Assembly: GCA_045615705.1 (NCBI GenBank)
Contig: JAZLFH010000059.1
Coordinates: 1,499 to 65,498 of the forward strand
DNA from: Clostridia bacterium
Lineage (GTDB): Bacteria > Bacillota > Clostridia > UMGS1883
Reading direction: 5' to 3'
DNA: 64,000 nucleotides
Shown: one piece after another, positions 21,410 through 30,400 of the stretch
How the letters are laid out: each line of letters starts with the position of its first letter
Numbering within the stretch: position 1 is the first letter of the stretch
Position numbers and translations under genes: made by a program
The notes under the pieces: model-generated
Seen by the model: only the letters and a program-made list of their open reading frames with translations
Told to the model about the DNA's origin: nothing
Databases searched by the model: none

Positions 21410-23850
21410 TAATTATGCCATTTGAAAACAGATTCAGTGACGGAGCACAAAGAACCCTTCAAATCGCACAGGACTGTGCAAAAGATACCGGGTGTAACTT
21501 CGTTGGAAGTGAGCATCTTCTTCTTTCGATTTTGCGTGAAGGTAGCGGACTTGCTTCAAAATATTTAGAAGAAAACTCCATAACAGAAGATGCTTTAATA
21601 GAAAAAATCACGGAGTACAATGATACTCCGTCAGGCAGCGGTGCTTTTGCGGGATTTACTCCAAGAACTGTCCGGTGCCTTCAAAACAGTGCTATGGAGG
21701 CACATCGCCTTGGAAGTAATATAATAGGAACCGAGCATATTTTATTGGCACTTTTCCGTGAAACGGACAGTGTTGCGTGCAGAATTTTGTCTGAACTCGG
21801 TATGGGACAAGATTCTTATAAAAACTTCTCCGACTACCTTTTAGGAGAAAACAAAGATTCCGGAGGTAAAAGAAAGGACACCAAAACTCCTACGCTTGAT
21901 AAATTCGGCAGGGATTTAACCGAATTTGCAAGAATAGGAAAACTTGACCCGGTAATAGGACGAGAAAACGAAATTGAAAGAGTTATTCAGATTCTTTCAA
22001 GAAGGACAAAAAACAATCCCGTTCTTTTAGGCGAACCCGGTGTAGGTAAAACCGCTGTTGCAGAGGGCCTTGCAGAGCAAATTGTATCGGGAAATGTTCC
22101 TGAACTTTTAAAAAACAAAAGAGTATTCACTCTTGATTTATCATCTATGGTCGCAGGTGCAAAATACCGTGGTGAATTTGAAGAACGCCTCAAAAAAGCG
22201 ATGGATGAAGTAATAAACGCCGGTAATGTAATTCTGTTTATTGACGAAATGCACACTATTATCGGTGCCGGTGCCGCAGAAGGCTCTATTGATGCATCTA
22301 ATATCTTAAAACCTTCCCTTGCCCGTGGCGAACTGCAATTAATAGGTGCAACAACTTTTTCCGAATACAGAAAGTATATTGAAAAGGATTCCGCACTTGA
22401 AAGGCGTTTCCAACCTGTAACTGTCGGAGAACCCACAGTTGATGAAACAATCGAAATTCTTAAAGGAATAAGAGAGAAATATGAGGCTCATCACGGAATT
22501 AAAATTACCGATGAAGCATTAATAAGTGCTTCTAAGTTATCAGCCCGTTATATTACAGACAGGTTCTTGCCCGACAAGGCGATAGACCTTATTGATGAGG
22601 CAGCAAGCCGTGCAAAGTTAAAAACGCTTACAGTTCCGCCTGAAATCAAGGAAATAGAGGAAAAACTCACCAAAACGCTCCACGAAAAGGAAGAAGCAAT
22701 AAAACTTCAAGACTTTGAAAAAGCTGCCAAACTTCGTGATGAAGAAAAAGCACTTAAAGAACAGATTGAAAAAGAACGCACCGAATGGAACAAATCGCAT
22801 TCCGACAGTGTCGGTGAAATAGGTGAAGAAGAAATCGCAGAAATAATTTCAAACTGGACAAAAATCCCCGTCAAAAAACTCGCCGAGGAAGAGTCCGAAA
22901 GACTTCGCCACCTTGAAGATGTGCTTCATTCAAGAGTTGTAGGTCAAGATGAGGCGGTTAAAACCGTTTCCCGTGCAATAAGGCGTGGCAGAGTGGGGCT
23001 TAAAGATCCAAAGCGTCCGGTTGGTTCGTTCATATTTTTAGGACCTACCGGCGTTGGTAAAACCGAACTGTCAAAGGCTCTTGCAGAAGCAATTTTCGGC
23101 AATGAAGATTCAATGATAAGGATTGATATGAGTGAATATATGGAAAAGCACTCCGTATCAAAACTTGTCGGTTCGCCTCCCGGATATGTAGGCTTTGACG
23201 AAGGCGGTCAACTTACCGAAAAAATACGCAAGAAGCCGTACAGTGTAGTCCTGTTTGATGAAATAGAAAAAGCACATCCCGATGTCTTTAACATACTGCT
23301 TCAAATACTTGAAGACGGAATTTTAACAGACTCACAAGGCAGAAGAGTTGATTTTAGAAACACTGTAATCATTATGACATCAAACCTCGGTGCAAGAAAT
23401 ATTGTCGAGCCTAAAAACTTGGGGTTCGGTGATAACAAGGACGCTAAAAAGGCACATGAGGATATAAGAAGAAATGTTATGGACGAACTGAAAAAAGCGT
23501 TCCGCCCCGAGTTTTTAAACAGAATTGACGACATTATTGTTTTCAATCAGTTGACCGAAGACGAAATCAAATCTATTGCCTCGCTTATGCTTAATTCACT
23601 TAAAGACAGATTAATTGCAAACGATATTAATGCAGTATTTGACGACAGTGCAATATCGCTTTTGGCAAAAGAAGGATTTGACCCTGTGTATGGTGCAAGA
23701 CCGCTCAGACGGGCTATTGTTTCTAAGGTCGAGGACTTATTCGCCGAAGAAATGCTTTCGGGAAATGTCAAAAAAGGAGATAATGTAACAGTTGTCGCCG
23801 AGGGTGAAAAAATACTAATAAAAAATGCAGTTAACAAAAAAAGTGATTAA
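21406..23850 (+). CDS. clpC: ATP-dependent Clp protease ATP-binding subunit ClpC
   Basis: Clp N-domain repeats, two AAA+ modules ([18 protein letters not shown]), a UVR linker ([17 protein letters not shown]), and 814 aa. Confidence 0.9.
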   Translation: MIIMPFENRFSDGAQRTLQIAQDCAKDTGCNFVGSEHLLLSILREGSGLASKYLEENSITEDALIEKITEYNDTPSGSGAFAGFTPRTVRCLQNSAMEAHRLGSNIIGTEHILLALFRETDSVACRILSELGMGQDSYKNFSDYLLGENKDSGGKRKDTKTPTLDKFGRDLTEFARIGKLDPVIGRENEIERVIQILSRRTKNNPVLLGEPGVGKTAVAEGLAEQIVSGNVPELLKNKRVFTLDLSSMVAGAKYRGEFEERLKKAMDEVINAGNVILFIDEMHTIIGAGAAEGSIDASNILKPSLARGELQLIGATTFSEYRKYIEKDSALERRFQPVTVGEPTVDETIEILKGIREKYEAHHGIKITDEALISASKLSARYITDRFLPDKAIDLIDEAASRAKLKTLTVPPEIKEIEEKLTKTLHEKEEAIKLQDFEKAAKLRDEEKALKEQIEKERTEWNKSHSDSVGEIGEEEIAEIISNWTKIPVKKLAEEESERLRHLEDVLHSRVVGQDEAVKTVSRAIRRGRVGLKDPKRPVGSFIFLGPTGVGKTELSKALAEAIFGNEDSMIRIDMSEYMEKHSVSKLVGSPPGYVGFDEGGQLTEKIRKKPYSVVLFDEIEKAHPDVFNILLQILEDGILTDSQGRRVDFRNTVIIMTSNLGARNIVEPKNLGFGDNKDAKKAHEDIRRNVMDELKKAFRPEFLNRIDDIIVFNQLTEDEIKSIASLMLNSLKDRLIANDINAVFDDSAISLLAKEGFDPVYGARPLRRAIVSKVEDLFAEEMLSGNVKKGDNVTVVAEGEKILIKNAVNKKSD

Positions 23851-23874
23851 TTTATTAAAAAAATCACTCAAAAA

Positions 23875-23901
23875 GGGGGTGTCGCAAAATGCGACATCCC
23901 C
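23875..23901. terminator. palindromic terminator and dispersed repeat unit P (GGGGGTGTCGCA-AAA-TGCGACATCCCC)
   Basis: A perfect hairpin followed by TTTTGG. The same 23-nt core recurs at 39269 and 42638. Confidence 0.6.
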
Positions 23902-23905
23902 TTTT

Positions 23906-24160
23906 GGGGCTGGAAGCAAAATAGTGCAGATTGGACAAACTGAGGCAAAAAGCCACGGCTTTTTGCGTACCCGAAGGCGTACGAAGGTACTCCGAGAGGC
24001 GAAGTTTGTTCAAAAAGCAAAGCACATTATTTAGAAATTCGTTGCATAAACGAATTTCTACCTTAATTTTTGCCTCATTTCATCATTTGTACAACTTAAA
24101 AATGGCGGTATTGCGGTTTTTACTGTGCTTTGCGTGGTCTGTGCATTTTGAAACAGCCCC
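23906..24160. repeat. repeat unit Q half-sites (ggggctggaagcaaaatagtgca ... tgcattttgaaacagcccc) in inverted orientation flanking a roughly 213-bp insert
   Basis: The two halves are contiguous as a single hairpin at 42567..42603. Here they are separated by unrelated sequence. Confidence 0.45.
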
Positions 24161-24168
24161 TTTTATGT

Positions 24169-25347
24169 TTATACGATTTCACAAGCACCGTCTGTTATAT
24201 CTGATATGTAAAATGTTGCCTCGCAACCGATTCTTTCACGATAGTTATTCCCCACAGTTTTAATAAACTCTTCCACATTTTCTTCTTTCACAATTGAAAC
24301 CGTGCATCCGCCGAATCCACCGCCCGTCATTCTTGACCCTATACAGCCTTCTGTTTTAAGTGCTTCTTCAACAAGTATATCAAGTTCAGTTGAACTTACT
24401 TCGTATAAATCACGAAGAGAATTGTGGCTCTGTGACATAAGACGCCCGAAAAGGAATATCCCACCGCCTTTAAGTGCCGTAACAGAACGCTTAACTCTGT
24501 CGCACTCATAGACAACATGTTCCGTTCTTTTTCTTATAACATCGTTTGTCATAAGAATTTTTAATTTCTCAAACTGCTCCGGTGTAACTTTCCCAAGTGA
24601 ACTCGCTCCGGCTCCCTTTAAAAACTCAAACCCCGCATCGCATTCACTTTTTCTCTCGTTGTACTTAATGTTTGCAAGTTCATTTTTTTTGTTGGTGTTT
24701 GAGATAACAATCTTATATCCGCTGATATTTATCGGAACATAAGTAAATGATAAATCTTCACAATCAAGGAAAATCGCATTGTTTTTTTTACCCATTGCAG
24801 AAGCGAACTGGTCCATAATCCCACAGTTAACTCCGCAGTAGTTACTCTCCGAACCCTGACCGCAAAGTGCCATCTCTACCATGTTTATATCGTCTTTTAT
24901 TCCTCTTTTTTCATTTGAAAGTGTCGCCAATAAAAGTGCTGTTGCAACTTCAATTGCCGCAGATGATGAAAGCCCTGCTCCGTGCGGTAGTTCATCATGA
25001 TACAGCATCTGGCATCCGACAATCTCATAACCCCGTCTTTCAAGTTCATAAGCAACTCCGACTTGGTAATTTCCCCATTTTAAATCACGATAATCGTTTA
25101 AGTGCTTGATATCTACATCAACGCAATCGTCAATGTCAGTCGCTCTCATCCTTATAAAGCCGTCATTGGTAGTCCTGCAAGCGATAAAAGTCTTCATAGA
25201 AATTGCAATCGGCAAAACATATCCGCCGTTATAGTCGGTATGGTCACCGATAAGATTAACTCTGCCGGGGGCTGTAAAAACCCTTACATCTTCTGCCGTT
25301 CCGCCAAACACCTTAACAAATTCTTGTTTAAGTTCAAAAACCGTCAT
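24169..25347 (-). CDS. galK: galactokinase
   Basis: N-terminal galactokinase signature (GRVNLIGDHTDYNGG), the GHMP ATP-binding motif (PHGAGLSSSAA), and a GGGAG ribosome-binding site before the ATG at 25347. Confidence 0.85.
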   Translation of the reverse strand: MTVFELKQEFVKVFGGTAEDVRVFTAPGRVNLIGDHTDYNGGYVLPIAISMKTFIACRTTNDGFIRMRATDIDDCVDVDIKHLNDYRDLKWGNYQVGVAYELERRGYEIVGCQMLYHDELPHGAGLSSSAAIEVATALLLATLSNEKRGIKDDINMVEMALCGQGSESNYCGVNCGIMDQFASAMGKKNNAIFLDCEDLSFTYVPINISGYKIVISNTNKKNELANIKYNERKSECDAGFEFLKGAGASSLGKVTPEQFEKLKILMTNDVIRKRTEHVVYECDRVKRSVTALKGGGIFLFGRLMSQSHNSLRDLYEVSSTELDILVEEALKTEGCIGSRMTGGGFGGCTVSIVKEENVEEFIKTVGNNYRERIGCEATFYISDITDGACEIV

Positions 25348-25369
25348 AAACTTCTCCCATTTTACCATA

Positions 25370-25900
25370 TTACTTATCTTCAAGTAATACAGAAATCAGT
25401 TTCGAGTATATCTCATTAGGCTCTTTTTTAAACTTTTTGCATATATCTTCTGCAACGCCTTTGTCCCCCACATTAAATGTGAGTTCAAAAATAGGGTAAC
25501 CGCCTTCTGAAATTTTAAGTTTTGATGCGTACTCAATCTCATTCACTTTTTCCGCAACAGCACTTACATTAAGTGCGTTTTTCATTGCCCGAATTTTTCC
25601 CTTTGCACTGAGCCTTATTCTTTCCCTTACGGAAAGCGGAATATTGCTTTTGAAAAAGTCAAGCGTTTCTTTTCCCTTATCGGTAATAGAATAAAGTTTT
25701 AATCCGTTTTCCTCATGTGCAACAACCAATTTTTTCTGTTCGATATCGTCAAGTGCCTCTTGGAACTCAAAAAAGTCAACAAAAGGATACACTAAAACAG
25801 TATCAAGTACAAACTGATTTGTTATAGACATCTTAAATGCATCTATCGTGTAGAGTGCCAACAGCCTGATGTCCATTTTTTCATTAAAATGATAATCCAT
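25370..25900 (-). CDS. DUF4364-family protein
   Basis: A 176-aa soluble protein resembling the DUF4364 family conserved in Clostridia; recognised by overall pattern only. Confidence 0.45.
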   Translation of the reverse strand: MDYHFNEKMDIRLLALYTIDAFKMSITNQFVLDTVLVYPFVDFFEFQEALDDIEQKKLVVAHEENGLKLYSITDKGKETLDFFKSNIPLSVRERIRLSAKGKIRAMKNALNVSAVAEKVNEIEYASKLKISEGGYPIFELTFNVGDKGVAEDICKKFKKEPNEIYSKLISVLLEDK

Positions 25901-25911
25901 AATTCTCTCCG

Positions 25912-26715
25912 TTAATTTTTTATTTCTCCCGTAACGGCATCAACTTCAATATATTCTTCGTATTTTGATTCTTGGCTTTCAACCTTTATTTTTGAAAAAA
26001 CTACCGAATTTTTTTCTTTTTTATACTCCACCTTGTAAAGGTATCTGATGCCGTCAAGGATTTTTTCCTTAGTGCCGACAAAGTTGGGATACTCGCCTAA
26101 ATCTTTATTTGTACAAATTTTGTTTGAAGCCTCAACCGATACGCCCAAATCCGTCAACAAAATATGCTCGAAATCTCCGTAATCTCCTACCTGTGCGGTT
26201 CTTCCGATTGACTTTAAATATTCATTTGCCTGATTGACCTCTTGTTCCTTTAAATTCCTTTCGTCCTCTTCGTGTATAGTCAAAACTCTGGAATGAAGTT
26301 CTTTCGGAAAAAGTTTTTTTGTAGATTCAATGTTTCTGCTTCCGTCTTCCGGCACTTCGTAACTTTCTAAAACTTTTTTGTCGTCAGTCGTTTTAAATGT
26401 AAGTTTGGTCGGGATAACTCCGCTGCCCGAAACCTTTACAAAATTACCGTTTTCAAATCCATACTCGCCGTACATAACAAGAGCATATAAAGTTATTTTT
26501 CCGTCATTTCCGCTTTCGGTAGAAAGCACTGTATTTCCTTCGCAAAGTGCTTCGCCGTCAAGGTACATACCGGCGTTTTGTTCTATAATTGCATTATGTA
26601 CATCTTCATCTTTAATCTGCGATTCCGTTTGAGGTTGCCGCATACTTTTGTTATCAACACAAGAGCAGGTAAAAAGCATTACCGAAAGTGTTAAAAGAAG
26701 GAATAATTTTTTCAT
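25912..26715 (-). CDS. lipoprotein of unknown function
   Basis: MKKLFLLLTLSVMLFTCSC is a lipobox, and the mature protein is hydrophilic. Confidence 0.5.
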   Translation of the reverse strand: MKKLFLLLTLSVMLFTCSCVDNKSMRQPQTESQIKDEDVHNAIIEQNAGMYLDGEALCEGNTVLSTESGNDGKITLYALVMYGEYGFENGNFVKVSGSGVIPTKLTFKTTDDKKVLESYEVPEDGSRNIESTKKLFPKELHSRVLTIHEEDERNLKEQEVNQANEYLKSIGRTAQVGDYGDFEHILLTDLGVSVEASNKICTNKDLGEYPNFVGTKEKILDGIRYLYKVEYKKEKNSVVFSKIKVESQESKYEEYIEVDAVTGEIKN

Positions 26716-26867
26716 AAAAACACAACCTTTCACAACCCTTATTTTAGCAGAAATATATAAAAAAGTCAACTCATAGGAAGTTTGTTAAAGGTTTTTTTAA
26801 AAAATATATTGATTTTTGAAATTTCTTCTTGTAATTTTACAAATTTCGAGATATAATATTGGGGTCC

Positions 26868-26958
26868 GGAGAGATGGCTGAGTTGGTCTAAGGCGCACGA
26901 CTGGAAATCGTGTAACGGTTAACCCCGTTCAAGGGTTCGAATCCCTTTCTCTCCGCCA
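26868..26958 (+). tRNA. tRNA-Ser (anticodon GGA), CCA encoded
   Basis: GGAGAGA acceptor stem, anticodon stem CACGA/UCGUG with loop CUGGAAA, a long variable arm (AACGG/CCGUU), T-arm GGTTCGAATCC, and a 3' end of UCUCUCC-G-CCA. A TTGTAA-17-TATAAT promoter lies upstream. Confidence 0.85.
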
Positions 26959-27046
26959 AAAATCCTCGTTCGTAAGAACGGGGATTTTTACTTATTCACT
27001 ATTCCTTCTTCACTCTTACTTCAAAAAGTATCGAACGAGGATTTTT
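26958..27046. repeat. tRNA terminator hairpin plus a 15-bp perfect inverted repeat (aaaaatcctcgttcg / cgaacgaggattttt) separated by 59 bp
   Basis: Seen directly. An inner hairpin aatcctcgttcg-taa-gaacggggatt followed by a T-run serves as the tRNA terminator. Confidence 0.5.
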
Positions 27047-27414
27047 GGAAGTAAAAAGTAATATGGAAGAAGGAAAAAGTAAGGTAAAAAATCGCAGGCG
27101 ATTTTGTTTTGAATATATGATTTTTCACCAAATTTCAGCATCAATTTCGTATCTGCTCCACCTGTTTTCAAACATTGCATCTAGCACATCATCAATAAAT
27201 CATCAATTTTTAATTTTGATTTCCGTTTGTGAGTAATTGCTTTTGCACTTTTTCACTTCCTTTGTCGATAGTATTTTTTGTAACACACAATACTCCAAAC
27301 CGTTTCATAAATTAAGTGAAAAAATGAATAAAAGCAAAAGGCGATAGATTTTACTCTACCGCCTTTTTTGTTATGTATGGTATGTTTTTCTTTTTACTTA
27401 CGGTGTTGTGATTT

Positions 27415-30400
27415 TTAATCTTCTCCTTTTGCTTTGCAAAGAGGAGTTATATCGGAAAGCGATGACCACCAAAAAGCTTTTACATATCCGCTTTGGGTAA
27501 ATTTGCCTGTCAGGTCATCTGTTTTCGTCAGGTCAAAAGTTTTCACATCAAGTAATTGATTCAAATTTTCATTATCATAAAGTGCAACAATCACAATGCC
27601 CTTGTTTGTATTCTCGCCGTTTGGTGTTACGGTGAAGGTATTCCATGTGGTGTCAAGGGCAAGGCTATCTTTTTCGACGATTTTCACATACGGCATTGTG
27701 CTGTCAAAACTGACACGGTTTTCGTTTTTGTCGTAAACCGCCATATTTTCGCCGATTGTGATTACATCGGCGCCGATGGCTGTTTCGGACACTGAACCCG
27801 TTGCGGTAACTTTGCCGCCGTAAATCGCAACGCCGGTCAAGTCGCCGTTAGTAGTGTTGCCGTGACCGATTCCTTGTGCGGAGAGCAGTCCGGTTGCCGT
27901 GACATCGCCGCCGTAGACTGTCACGCTTCCACCATTGCCGCCGAACATTCCCGTGCCGATGCCTGCACCGTTCGAACTGCTGTTTGCGACTATCTCGCCG
28001 CCGTGAATCGTGATATTGCCGCAGCTTGCGCTCATACCTCCGCCGATGCCGGCAGAGTATGTACCGCCGTTTGCAATAAGCTTACCGGTGCCGCCCTTTT
28101 GCGCATGGACCGTCAGGCTGTTTTCGCCTTCGACCTTGATGCCGCCGACCGTCAGCTCACAGCCGTCCATCAAAATAAGGCTGACATCGCCCGTCACCGT
28201 GACGCTGCTTAAATTTACCGTACCGTCTGCGATGTAAAATCCGCCATTCCATGCGGTTTCATCCGAAAGAACGGTCGCACCTGCGGGAATTTCCAAAAGC
28301 TGCTCTGTGACCTTTTGATTTTGCTCGTCCAGGCTCCGGGCGATATAACAACAGCTCGGATCTTTCGCACCGCAAACGGAGCAGTAGCCATTTACATAAG
28401 TACAGCTTTCGGTTTTGGTCGGTTCGTAACATTCGCCTCCTTGATTGGTATAACAGGTATCACAGAGAAAAGTATGAGTTCCGTTTGTGCCGGCGTCGAT
28501 GATCTTGCCGTACGAATGTATATGTTGTGTCCATTTTGCATAAAGCGTAATATCCTCTGCACAGTTCGCACTGACAGAGGTGACCGGACTGCCCGAACAG
28601 TCAGATTTCTTGAACCAGCCGAGAAAAATATAGTCTGCTTTGACTGCTCTCTTCAACGCTGTCACAGAACCGTAGGTATGTGTTGTCGGATAACCGATTT
28701 CATGTTCACCCGTGAAATCGCATCCGTCTTCATCCTCATCCTCATCCTCATCTTCATCTTCATCCTCGGCTTTGTCCTTGGCTTTATCCTTATAAATTAT
28801 GTTGTAAGCAGCGTTCTTCCAATGTGCGTACAGCGTAAAATCACTCTTCCTGTCGCAGTTTCTTACGCTTTCTCCGCTTGCGTTGTAGTAAGCATTTCCA
28901 AACTTATCATAATAACCCTCGAATGTATAACCGGTCTTTGTCGGAACAGTTATTTCGGGCATCGCATAAGTATAGCGTGCCTCGGCGGCTTCGCTTCCGT
29001 CTCCGCCTCCCTGCATATCAAAGAAGGTAACCGTCACGCTGATATTCGGAGCGTCTGCAAGCTCCAAATAGCCTCCATCGGCGGTTTCGTGCCTTATGTA
29101 TTTACCTTCTGCATCAGAGAAGAAATAATTCGCATCTGCTCCGTTTGTTGTAAATCTGCCGTTGCCGGCTTTTGAAATGCCGATTTGAGCGCCCTGCTTA
29201 AATCCATCGGGGCTATTGCAAACGGTTATGCATTTTGAATCCTGCAAATAGAGATTGTTGTCAGAAGTTCCGTCTTTTGACAAGTTACCGTAAATTTTAG
29301 CTGTTCCGCCGACTGTAAGTTCTCCTCCGTCAGCAACATAAACTCCGCCGCCAAGGTCTGCCGAATTTCCCGTAACAGTGCCGCCTGTCATCGTCAGCTT
29401 GCCTTTGACCAGCACGCCGCCGCCATATAGCTTAGAATCACCTGTGCCTAAGGTCTGACCGGTGCCGCCCGTGATTGTTCCGCACGACGACTGACTGCTG
29501 TCCGTAATTGTCAGATTTGTGCCCTCTTTAACCACGATTGCGCTTCCTTTTGCCTGAGAGAAGTCCATACTGTGTCCGTTGAGGTCAAGAATTACTTTTG
29601 TATGATCTTCCGATGTGTCTACACAGAACGGCTCATCATGGCTGCCGGCTTTGATATCATTCAACAGTTTAATTGTTACAATATACGGAGTACTGTCCAC
29701 CACGCTGACCTCAAGGTCACCGTCGAGCGCCTCACGTGTACACAGTCTGTCCCATGGGCTTGCCGCAATATAGTCAAATAATTTATGCGTGTGATAATAT
29801 GCAACCTCGGTTGCATCATTATGTTTCCATATATTTTCACGGTTTTCCTCAGCGTCTTCACCAATATATGAAGGCCAGTCCGGGTTTTCTCCTATATAGC
29901 TCTCAAGATTTATATTCTTAAGTGTTGATACCGGATTTGAGCCGGCTGCATAGGACTCCACCGGAATTGCGTCCGCAAGCAGCTGCGCTTTGAGAGCAAA
30001 CGCCGCAAACGCCTCACTGCTTGAAATAAACGGCTCTTCTTCACATGCCATACGCTCATCAATAAACGGTGTGAATCTTGTATTTGCCGGACTGATGTCT
30101 CCGGGGTCATAGTTTTCGTTTATGCCCCAGCCGCCTTCGTAATTCATCTGTAATGTGGCATCAAGACCAAGGATATTATACATGACATTATTGATTACTT
30201 TTATATAATCCGTTCCTTTGATTTTTTCGGTAAATGCCCAGTAACCATCATATTTCAATAATTCATGGCCTTCTTTATATTCACTTTTTCGGGTGTACAA
30301 TTTGTTGAAAAATATATCTCTTATTTCCTCTTCACTCGCTTCACGGTCCACATCGTCCGGACAATTTGCAAGGAATTCATCGCTTGGTGAATACAAATTG

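Noticed and set aside
26770-27414. Looked for an integrase, a tRNA 3'-end direct repeat or phage genes next to tRNA-Ser
   Set aside because: None were found. There is only non-coding DNA with an inverted repeat, so no mobile-element feature is called.
28730-28790. Considered the tandem repeat tract as a CRISPR or minisatellite array
   Set aside because: It is an in-frame trinucleotide (GAN)n tract encoding a poly-D/E linker inside a CDS, not a repeat-spacer array.
28315-29175. 286-aa plus-strand ORF, and several other long ORFs (27862..28212, 33258..34208, 34782..35990) inside the giant genes
   Set aside because: They lie antisense to GC-rich, Gly-codon-rich coding sequence, which generates long spurious open frames. 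Their Cys/Arg-rich composition is typical of artefacts.
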